A stretch of DNA of 64,000 nt from the NCBI GenBank assembly GCA_964369735.1, contig CAYJFX010000001.1, forward strand, positions 346 through 64,345. The letters are read 5' to 3'. The notes beneath the pieces were generated by a model that searched no databases, had not been told where the DNA came from, and saw nothing but the letters and a program-made list of their open reading frames with translations. Positions 56,412-64,000 of the stretch are shown here, one piece after another. Positions within the stretch are counted from its first letter, which is position 1; the number at the start of each line of letters is the position of its first letter. A program made the translations under genes and the position numbers. The DNA comes from an uncultured Treponemataceae bacterium. GTDB lineage: Bacteria; Spirochaetota; Spirochaetia; Treponematales; Treponemataceae.

Positions 56412-57802
56412 GTAGTTTCGATGAAATTAGCCCCAAGCGCATTCATTGTTTCAAAAAAATTCGGAAAAGATACTTCATAACATTCAAAGTCGTTTATAAA
56501 AAGTTCTTCTCCTTCTGGTAATCCTAACGCTAGACAAGAAAATGACATTGCCACTCGATGGTCATGATAGCTTTCTATTGTTCCTCCATGTAGTGCAAAA
56601 TTTTTATTTTTTGTTCCATCGCGTGCTATTGGCGAGTGTCCTTCTATCACTAAGAAATCCTGCCCCTCGGTAATTGTTGCTCCAAGTTTAGACAGTTCCT
56701 TTGTCATTACCGTTAACCTATCTGTTTCTTTCTTTCTACAGACTCCTATATCTTCTAAAATAATTCTCCCATCCACAAAGCAAGCAATTGCAGCTAGCGC
56801 GCATACTGCATCGGGGTATCCAGAGCAGTTTATACGAAGCTCTTCTTTCTCTTGCGGCACGGCAAGCCTGCCTTCTACCCAACCATTTTTTTCATTGTGA
56901 ATAGTAGAATGTTGCCCTCCTCGTATTGTAAGAGTTTTGTCATTTGAATTTAACTCAATATCTGCTCCGATTGATTGTAAGACTTCAACAATTGCATCAT
57001 CACCTTGTGTTCCAGAAGTATCTATCTTCTCAATAATTATATGGCTACCAGATACAAGTGCTGCAATTAGAGGAAAAGCTACACCCTCCCAATCAGAAGG
57101 GACAGGAACATTAAACCCTTGTATAGAATAAGGACCAGAAACGGAAATATGTTTATAATCTGGACTTATTGAAACAGGGATTCCAGCTCCTTCAAGCCAG
57201 TGTTTTGTCATTTTTAAATAGGGTGTTTCTTTTGGATCTGTTAGCTCTATTGTTGTATTACCATCAAGAAGGCTTGCAGCCATCATCATCCCGCTAATGT
57301 ACTGTGATAACCGTCCATCGGTTTTTATTGAGCTTGCCTTTATTGGACCTTCAATCAAAATAGGAGGGGAATCTTTTCCTGGGCGGCTTATGTGCACCGT
57401 TGCTCCTGCTTGCTCTAAAAGGTCTTTTAAGTGCATAACGGGGCGAGTTCGAATAGAGTTGTCCCCCGTAAAAATACTCCATCCTGAAAAAGTTGCCGCA
57501 ATAGGACTTAAAAAATACAAAACTGAACCTGAGTTCCCAACATCTATTATGTTGTCTGGAAGATGTATGTTTTCTCCAGCTCCTTCAACTTTCCAGACCT
57601 TTGGATTGGAAAAGTCTGCTTTTGCACCCAATATTTCAATTGCCTTTGCGCACGAAATGCAATCTTCTCCAGTTAATGGATTCTCTATTTCTGATTTCCC
57701 ATGGGCTATGGCTGCTAAAAGAAGAGCTCTAATTGTATGGCTTTTTGATCCAGGAACGCGTGTTCTTCCGCTTAAAGTTGCTTTTTTTGCTAATATTTTC
57801 AT
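56408..57802 (-). CDS. aroA: 3-phosphoshikimate 1-carboxyvinyltransferase
   Basis: VPGSKSHTIRALLLAA, RPV..L and DHRVAMSF blocks. Confidence 0.92.
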   Translation of the reverse strand: MKILAKKATLSGRTRVPGSKSHTIRALLLAAIAHGKSEIENPLTGEDCISCAKAIEILGAKADFSNPKVWKVEGAGENIHLPDNIIDVGNSGSVLYFLSPIAATFSGWSIFTGDNSIRTRPVMHLKDLLEQAGATVHISRPGKDSPPILIEGPIKASSIKTDGRLSQYISGMMMAASLLDGNTTIELTDPKETPYLKMTKHWLEGAGIPVSISPDYKHISVSGPYSIQGFNVPVPSDWEGVAFPLIAALVSGSHIIIEKIDTSGTQGDDAIVEVLQSIGADIELNSNDKTLTIRGGQHSTIHNEKNGWVEGRLAVPQEKEELRINCSGYPDAVCALAAIACFVDGRIILEDIGVCRKKETDRLTVMTKELSKLGATITEGQDFLVIEGHSPIARDGTKNKNFALHGGTIESYHDHRVAMSFSCLALGLPEGEELFINDFECYEVSFPNFFETMNALGANFIETT

Positions 57803-57855
57803 ACCTTATAATAGCATAGAATAAAAAAGCATGCACCTACTTTTATTAAAAAATT

Positions 57856-59910
57856 TTAAAAAAGAGGCTGTCTAAAACGCTTTACGTTTCGGGCCTGTCC
57901 AATTAATAGTGTTACAGTTGTTGTGTCTTCTTGTACAAGAGTGATGCTTGCATCACCATCTCTTTTTTCTACTTTTAAGGGTCTTCCTGTATACACATTA
58001 TTAGCACTTGTTATTTCAATCATATTAGAAGAAGAAATAGCTTGTTCCACAACTTGTATTTTTCCCATAAAGTCGATACCGCTCGCTTCTGTTTTTTCGT
58101 GCCTAACAGTTTCCCCTATCAATTGCTTTGGAGATATGATGAGCTTTCGCTGTATCCTCTCTAATAATCCTTCTTTTTGTTCTTTTGGCAAGTCCTGCTT
58201 TTCAAGTTCTTCTTTCATTTTTTTTATATGTCCTAAACCAACCTTATCAATTTCAGCTTTTTTTGGAGTAAAATCAAATGAAAGTGCTGCTTTTTTTTGA
58301 GCATTTATGAACGGTATCACAACCTCTTCTTTTTCGCCTTGCTTTACATTACCTATAAAATCTAGTGCACTTTTCTCTACAGCAGAAAGCAATTCTTCTT
58401 TCGTTTCAAAATCTAATAAATATATTCCAGGGGCAAGTATTTTTCTGATCCTTGAAGCAAGAATTGCACTGTTTTCAATGTGAACTATTTTTTCTGGTGA
58501 AACTTTCAGTATATATCCATGGTATAATGATGCTGAGTTATATGTTTCATACCATTCGTTAATTGAAAATATAAGATTTTGGGAAAGCGGCTTTCCTGAA
58601 GCTTTTTCTAAACGAGATAAAAGACTCTCGTTTGTTTCCCCTTTGTCAAAACTGCGCATGCAAGATACTCGTGTTATTTCAAAACGACATACCGTATCAT
58701 AACTAACAATGTTCATTGAGCGAACTAAAGGCAACATCATTTCGAGGGAGACAGCCTTAAGAAATGTTATAGAAAAACCTGCGTTAATACTAATAAAGGG
58801 CTTTTCTTCGCCTGTTGAATCTTTATCTGTACAACCTATCGCCGCCACATATATTTTCTTGTTTTGAGCATCGTTGCCAACCGCTTCTAAAAGCCCAAAA
58901 AAAATCATTTTTTCAACAATAAGTCCATCAGAAAAACCTTCTTCGTTTGATGCTCCTTGTGCTCTTTGTAGCATACTTGTAAAGTAGCCTTTTTTTTGTT
59001 CTGTTCTAGTATCTACTTGTGTGTTTTTTAATAAAAAAATCAACCTTAATAAAATTTCTTTAGAAACTCCTTCTTTAGGTATATTTTCCAAAAAAGTATT
59101 AAAGAATGCTGCATATTTTGCAAGTGCCTCTCGAGGAAATCGTCTAAAAGAGGCTATGCATATATATAGATTTTGTACCGCTTGGCTTAATTGACAAAAA
59201 GCTTCCCATTTTTTTTCGCTTGGAAAAAGAGCCGCGCCATCATGATAAAATAAACCTAGATTTACAAAGGAAGTATTAAGCGTTTCCAAAAAATCAATGG
59301 GGACTCCATAAAAAGATTTTTCTAAGATGGGGTGTACCTTTTTCTTAAAAGAACCGTCAGCACGACAAGCATCTGGGTATTCTGAAGTAAAGGCATACCA
59401 AGAACTGAATAACGATGCGCTCAACATTTTTTTTGTGTTTTTTGTTGAACCTCCTTCTTGTCTACTAACAGGAATTAAAGCTGATAGACTGAGGTACTCT
59501 TGCAAAGGCTGCTGTAAAAGGGGGTTTAATGTTAAATACTCTTTTTTTGTCCTATCATCAAAATGTCTGTATATGAGTAACCGTTCTTCCAAATTTGCTA
59601 TATAATCATACAAAAAAAAGGTTGTGTATTCTCCGCTAAAAAAGGTTAATAAAGTATCTGTTGTAATCTTTTCAAGATAGTGCACTGCGCTAAGAAAAAG
59701 AATGTCTTTCTCAGATAAAAGGCTTAGGATTATGTCTTTATGCTCATCTTTATATAAAAAAGAGATTAACTCTGTTACTAATCTTTCTTTGTTATATGGC
59801 GTTTTGATAACACCCACATATAAACGAACAATATTTAAAAAAGTGCTTTCTGGAAGGCGGAATAACGATTCTTTCCATGGTTCAAGGGCTTCAAGATTAT
59901 TATTGGTCAT
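57856..59910 (-). CDS. XPB-associated protein of unknown function with an XPB-N-terminal-like module
   Basis: The ATG at 59910 overlaps the XPB stop codon region (TATGACCAATAA). Residues around FEITRVSCMRSFDKGETNESLLSRLEKASGKPLSQNLIFSINEW mirror the XPB N-domain segment YSLSPLSLWNATSAGFTAEDVTAVLKQYSRFEIPQSVLVWVQE. Confidence 0.7.
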   Translation of the reverse strand: MTNNNLEALEPWKESLFRLPESTFLNIVRLYVGVIKTPYNKERLVTELISFLYKDEHKDIILSLLSEKDILFLSAVHYLEKITTDTLLTFFSGEYTTFFLYDYIANLEERLLIYRHFDDRTKKEYLTLNPLLQQPLQEYLSLSALIPVSRQEGGSTKNTKKMLSASLFSSWYAFTSEYPDACRADGSFKKKVHPILEKSFYGVPIDFLETLNTSFVNLGLFYHDGAALFPSEKKWEAFCQLSQAVQNLYICIASFRRFPREALAKYAAFFNTFLENIPKEGVSKEILLRLIFLLKNTQVDTRTEQKKGYFTSMLQRAQGASNEEGFSDGLIVEKMIFFGLLEAVGNDAQNKKIYVAAIGCTDKDSTGEEKPFISINAGFSITFLKAVSLEMMLPLVRSMNIVSYDTVCRFEITRVSCMRSFDKGETNESLLSRLEKASGKPLSQNLIFSINEWYETYNSASLYHGYILKVSPEKIVHIENSAILASRIRKILAPGIYLLDFETKEELLSAVEKSALDFIGNVKQGEKEEVVIPFINAQKKAALSFDFTPKKAEIDKVGLGHIKKMKEELEKQDLPKEQKEGLLERIQRKLIISPKQLIGETVRHEKTEASGIDFMGKIQVVEQAISSSNMIEITSANNVYTGRPLKVEKRDGDASITLVQEDTTTVTLLIGQARNVKRFRQPLF

Positions 59911-61669
59911 AAAGGTTTCCTTTTTCTGTATCTGGAATATCAGATATTTCATCAACTGAGGTTACCATTTTATATGAATATCCTTGCTCTGCTAAAAATT
60001 TTTGCCTGTTTGCACCAAAAATATCTTCTTCTGTGTTTCGTGTAATAATTGTAATAAAACGCGCTACTTTTTTTTTGGGTCTCAGAATTCTTCCGAGCCT
60101 CTGCGCTTCTTCTTGTCTACTACCAAACGTTCCCGATATCTGTATAGCCATTGAAGCATCTGGTAAGTCGATTGCAAAATTCGCCACTTTTGAAACTATA
60201 AGAAGTTTTATTTCACCTTTTCTAAAGGAATCATAAATAGCATCCCTTTGAGCATTTGGTGTTTTTCCTGTAATTATAGGCGCTTTTAATATTTCTGCAA
60301 GCTCACAAAGCTGTGTTAAATATTGTCCTATAATGAGTATTTTGTCATCAGTAAATTTATTAACTAGGGACATCACCGCTGGAATCTTTGCTGGATTTTC
60401 ACATGCAATTCTATGCTTCTGTCTCATCGTAGCTGTCGCATACGAAATTTGCGTTTCATTTGACATATCAAGTCTAAGCTCAATACATTCTGATTGTGCT
60501 ATCCATCCACTTTTTTCAAGTTCCTTCCAAGGAACATCATAGCGCTTGGGGCCGACAAGGCTAAACACATGTTTTTCAAATCCGTCTTCTCTTACAAGGG
60601 TTGCCGTAAGGCCAACTCGCCTTATTGCTTGTATTTCTGCAGTAATCCTAAATACTGGTGCTGGGAGTAGATGTACTTCATCATATATTATTAACCCCCA
60701 GTTTCGCTCATTAAACACATGAAAATGTGGAAAAGGCCCTTCTTTTTCAGGGCGCCATGTCAGTATTTGATACGTTGCAACCGTTACAGGCTGTATGTTT
60801 TTATTCTCTCCAGTGTATTCCCCTATTTTACTTTCTTCTAAATCTGTTTTATCTAAAAGTTCATTTTTCCATTGGTGAACAGCAGAAATATTTGTAGTTA
60901 AAATGAGTGTGTTCATCTGCAACTTTGCCATTAAAGACATACCAACAACTGTTTTTCCGGCACCACAGGGTAAGACAATTGTTCCATACCCTGTACCAGG
61001 TCCACCGTCTCCTAAAAAAGATTTTGTAGCCTCTTTTTGATATTCTCGTAAAACAAGCGGGACTCCACTTGTTGTTGTATCTTTTAAGTGTATCTCAAGT
61101 TTTTCTCCATCCCGAAGTGGAACTTCATCTTTTACAGGCCAGTATTGAGTAATAAGTTCTTGTTTAATTATTCCTCTGTCGATTAAAAGTAGCCTAAACC
61201 CATACACCCCATTTTTTAAGGTATTTTCAGGAAGAGGGGATAGATACTTTGTTAATTTATTGTTTGAACATATTTCTTTATATATTAAAAGATCTTCACA
61301 AACCAATAAAAGGGTTGTGCTTTTTGCTTTTTCGCTGTCTTCTTCATTATGAGGTGTATTATCATCAGGGATAAGCCGTAATTTACCAAAGCGAGAAGCT
61401 GTTTCTTGAACCCAGACAAGCACACTTTGTGGGATTTCAAAGCGAGAATATTGTTTTAAAACAGCTGTTACATCCTCTGCTGTGAAGCCTGCACTTGTCG
61501 CATTCCACAAAGAAAGAGGTGAAAGGCTATATGTGTGTAAGTGCTCTGGAGAGCTTTTGAGCTCAGCAAACGGAATGAGGGCATCGCGACAAACCTCTGC
61601 TAGGGGTGCATGCACATCCAACAAAAGAGTTTTATCACTTTGAACGATAAGAGGATTTGTATGTTGCAT
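59900..61669 (-). CDS. XPB/Ssl2 (ERCC3)-type SF2 DNA helicase
   Basis: Walker A CGAGKT, DEVH box, RED motif (TATLVREDG), motif VI QRLGRILR, and an N-terminal damage-recognition-like domain. Confidence 0.9.
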   Translation of the reverse strand: MQHTNPLIVQSDKTLLLDVHAPLAEVCRDALIPFAELKSSPEHLHTYSLSPLSLWNATSAGFTAEDVTAVLKQYSRFEIPQSVLVWVQETASRFGKLRLIPDDNTPHNEEDSEKAKSTTLLLVCEDLLIYKEICSNNKLTKYLSPLPENTLKNGVYGFRLLLIDRGIIKQELITQYWPVKDEVPLRDGEKLEIHLKDTTTSGVPLVLREYQKEATKSFLGDGGPGTGYGTIVLPCGAGKTVVGMSLMAKLQMNTLILTTNISAVHQWKNELLDKTDLEESKIGEYTGENKNIQPVTVATYQILTWRPEKEGPFPHFHVFNERNWGLIIYDEVHLLPAPVFRITAEIQAIRRVGLTATLVREDGFEKHVFSLVGPKRYDVPWKELEKSGWIAQSECIELRLDMSNETQISYATATMRQKHRIACENPAKIPAVMSLVNKFTDDKILIIGQYLTQLCELAEILKAPIITGKTPNAQRDAIYDSFRKGEIKLLIVSKVANFAIDLPDASMAIQISGTFGSRQEEAQRLGRILRPKKKVARFITIITRNTEEDIFGANRQKFLAEQGYSYKMVTSVDEISDIPDTEKGNLYDQ

Positions 61670-61679
61670 TAGATCCTTT

Positions 61680-62384
61680 TTAATCAGTTAAGCTAAATTC
61701 TTCCAGTTTTCCCATACCTTTTACTTGGTCGATAATATTAAAAATATCTATAGATGGGGGTACTCGAACAAAATACGTTATTACTATGTGCTTCTTTGTA
61801 AAATCTCTTGATATATCTGTGTTTACAATAACTAGTCCTTGTGAAATAAGCAAGGTGGCTATACCATCAACATCAACACGATTATTAAAAAAAGAAAACT
61901 CAAGCTTTTTTGACCTTCCCGCAGGGAAGTATTTTTCTTCTATTTTTTCAACGATGATTATTGCAGTAACAAGTAAAAAAACAGTTACAATTGCTGGAAC
62001 AATGAATCCAGCTCCTATTGCTAAGCCTACGGCTGCTGAGCTCCAAATTACGGCAGAAGAAGTTAAGCCTTTAATATTTAATCCTTGCAAAACAATAGTC
62101 CCTGCCCCTAAAAATCCAATACCGGAAACAACTTGAGCCGCTATTCTAGTGGGGTCGCCTGTACTCCCTGGAAGTTGAGTTCCTGCATAAATTGAAAGTA
62201 ACATTAATAATGTTGACGAAACGGTAATAATTGTTATAGTGCGAATTCCGATAAATTGATTTCTTTTTTGTCTTTCTGCACCTAGTATGGCACCACACAC
62301 AAAACTTACCCCAATCCTGGCAAGTGAAGCTAAGCTTGTTAACTCCGAGTTGAATAGCAATGTATATATATCATAAATTGACAT
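61680..62384 (-). CDS. mgtC: MgtC/SapB family membrane protein
   Basis: GAERQ...GIRT signature, 4-5 TM helices and a C-terminal ACT-like soluble domain. Confidence 0.85.
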   Translation of the reverse strand: MSIYDIYTLLFNSELTSLASLARIGVSFVCGAILGAERQKRNQFIGIRTITIITVSSTLLMLLSIYAGTQLPGSTGDPTRIAAQVVSGIGFLGAGTIVLQGLNIKGLTSSAVIWSSAAVGLAIGAGFIVPAIVTVFLLVTAIIIVEKIEEKYFPAGRSKKLEFSFFNNRVDVDGIATLLISQGLVIVNTDISRDFTKKHIVITYFVRVPPSIDIFNIIDQVKGMGKLEEFSLTD

Positions 62385-62393
62385 GGTTTATTC

Positions 62394-63101
62394 CTACCGT
62401 TTAAAAATGGGCCAGCCTGAAGAAGGTTTTGAACCCACTTGATACCAACGATTTGCAAGTTTTGCATCTACAATTGGCTTTGTTGCGGCACTCTCAGCAA
62501 ACGAAAAAAGCCAAGGGGAAAGTTCTGTAGACTCATCAATTGAGCTAGGACATTCAATAAGCTGAATTCCTATACTAGCCGCAGCATACTTTGTTGCAAT
62601 GCTTTCTGCAAACGCTCGAAAAGCCGAAGCTGCCGCTTCTACAAAAGGCCCTGCAGGAATTGTTTCTGTCCTTTTTTGTTGCTTTAATGCCTCTGTCAAC
62701 GATGGATGTGTTTTCAATACAAAACAAATATTTCCATAACCTTTTTTTATAAAACGCTCTAAAAGCTCAACGCTTAAATACATGTAACCGGCAAACAAGG
62801 TATCAATCCCACGAGAAATAACTTCTAAGCTCATTTTTTCAAAATCGTTAACATACAAAGCGGTATCAAAAATTAAAAATGCGGTATCTATATCTCCCAT
62901 TGTTGTTTCAGTTTCTAAAATAAGGGCTCGCGCTGAAAGTGGAGAGGAGCGATTCCATACAAAGCTTGGAGTTGGCGTTGCTGTTTTTTCTTTTTTATCT
63001 AAAAGGGTTACCATAACTTTAGCCCCACTATTTACGGCATAGTTGGCAATCCCTTCACAAAAGGGGTATTCTTTCCCTGCTATTAAATACGTTTTTTCCA
63101 T
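62394..63101 (-). CDS. Rossmann/SDR-like protein lacking the canonical cofactor and catalytic motifs
   Basis: The layout matches a short-chain dehydrogenase (NICFV..., ...AASAFRAFAESIA). It has no TGxxxGxG motif, and the YxxxK position reads EAAAS. Confidence 0.55.
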   Translation of the reverse strand: MEKTYLIAGKEYPFCEGIANYAVNSGAKVMVTLLDKKEKTATPTPSFVWNRSSPLSARALILETETTMGDIDTAFLIFDTALYVNDFEKMSLEVISRGIDTLFAGYMYLSVELLERFIKKGYGNICFVLKTHPSLTEALKQQKRTETIPAGPFVEAAASAFRAFAESIATKYAAASIGIQLIECPSSIDESTELSPWLFSFAESAATKPIVDAKLANRWYQVGSKPSSGWPIFKR

Positions 63102-63172
63102 ATCCTACAGTATATCACGCAACAGGTTTTTTCTCAAGTGCTTGTTTTCTTTTCTGCATTTTAAAATAAAAA

Positions 63173-63192
63173 AGCATGCCAAAAGGCATGCT
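63173..63192 (-). terminator. Intrinsic terminator after the symporter gene
   Basis: The minus strand reads AGCATGCC-TTTT-GGCATGCT followed by TTTTTTATTTT, 7 nt after the stop codon. Confidence 0.85.
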
Positions 63193-63198
63193 GAAAAA

Positions 63199-64000
63199 TT
63201 ATATAAAAGTTCTACTTGATTTTTCTGCTGTCATCTTTCCTCTCTGTGCTATAAAAAAGGAACAGAACATACTCACTGTAACATCTATAACCGTTGCAAA
63301 GGTGCAAATAATAAAAGCAACTGGCCTCAATAGAAGGTACCCTGCTTCAAAGCCGCGCCCGTAAAGAGAACATAAAACGGTAAGTGCAATAAAAGGCCCC
63401 CCTGCAGGTATCCCACCTAGAAAAAAAGAAGTTCCAACGCTTAAGGAAGTTATCCACAAAACATCAAAAAACGATATCTCTAAGCTTGAATAAGAGCGTA
63501 AAACAACAATAAAAGAAACTGCTACCACTAAGGCCGACCCACTTCTTATAAAAGCAGAAAAAATGGGGATAGAAACAGCGCCTATTTTTCTTTGCACTCC
63601 TAAACTATCTTTTGCATGGCGAAGCGTCGAAGAAAGAGCTAAGTTGGCATCGCCTGAAAACAATGCTAAAAGAATTGGACTCAAGCAAGCATAAAGTACT
63701 TTATAAGGTCTTGCCCTATTTGAAAAAAGTTTGAGTAAGGTTGGTAGTAAAACCAAAATTACAAGAAGGGTATCAACTGCAAGAAGAATTATTAATCCTG
63801 TATAAGCTCCAGTTTCTAATACATCGAAAAGTGCAATGAACCATGTACAAGAAATTGCTACAACTCCAATTGATAGAAAGTCTATAAAAAAACTTAATAT
63901 TGAGTAAGATATTTTTGATAAAGAATCAAAGACCGCGTATACTGGCTTTGCCCGTATTGGGTCAGAAGAAAAACTTGCTCCTAATAGGCCTGCTAATACA
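63199..64000 (-). CDS. Dicarboxylate/amino-acid:cation symporter (DAACS/GltP-like), 5' end beyond the window
   Basis: I translated the frame upstream of the track start (a TTG at 63756) and found it open to nt 64000. DAACS-like blocks include LALSSTL..KD.LGV and GGIPAGGPFIALTVL. Confidence 0.7.
   Translation of the reverse strand, partial: VLAGLLGASFSSDPIRAKPVYAVFDSLSKISYSILSFFIDFLSIGVVAISCTWFIALFDVLETGAYTGLIILLAVDTLLVILVLLPTLLKLFSNRARPYKVLYACLSPILLALFSGDANLALSSTLRHAKDSLGVQRKIGAVSIPIFSAFIRSGSALVVAVSFIVVLRSYSSLEISFFDVLWITSLSVGTSFFLGGIPAGGPFIALTVLCSLYGRGFEAGYLLLRPVAFIICTFATVIDVTVSMFCSFFIAQRGKMTAEKSSRTFI

Noticed and set aside
63199-63756. The track start of the last ORF (185 aa)
   Set aside because: The start is a TTG in the middle of a reading frame that I translated by hand and found open to nt 64000. 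The gene is a longer DAACS-type symporter truncated by the window edge.

Overview
This is a 64-kb, densely packed chromosomal window from an AT-rich, motile spirochaete-like bacterium. Treponema is my best guess, inferred from relaxed lipoboxes such as LVFSC, LISC and LVGC, an FGE-type lipoprotein, an Rpn nuclease with an EG-rich tail, FlgM and an MCP. I support about 52 protein genes, almost all housekeeping. They include galE, a three-lipoprotein envelope operon, a polar amino-acid ABC transporter, glycogen catabolism (glgX, glgP), pfk, mnmE, lspA, rsmI-flgM, ppx-ppk, mnmG-metA, fhs, aroA, comM and an mgtC-XPB helicase operon. By eye I found no rRNA, tRNA, CRISPR array, IS element or prophage. 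The only clearly accessory stretch is about 46.4-49.1 kb, which holds an Rpn/YhgA-like nuclease and an FGE-family surface lipoprotein. Five observations stand out. (1) A near-consensus promoter, a 22-codon mini-ORF made largely of a 9-copy pentanucleotide repeat, and an intrinsic terminator sit directly upstream of the FGE lipoprotein gene. One repeat-length frame would carry ribosomes through the terminator, which suggests a phase-variable attenuator. (2) Relaxed-consensus DnaA boxes (TTWTNCACA) cluster in a 543-bp very AT-rich gap between tcdA and glgX. (3) The ABC substrate-binding protein is circularly permuted. (4) A bacterial XPB helicase is translationally coupled to a 684-aa partner that carries an XPB-N-terminal-like module. 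(5) Several likely pseudo-enzymes are present, including a PAP2 phosphatase with the nucleophile His replaced by Leu and an SDR fold lacking Tyr/Lys. All calls come from reading the sequence and recalling protein families; no searches were run.
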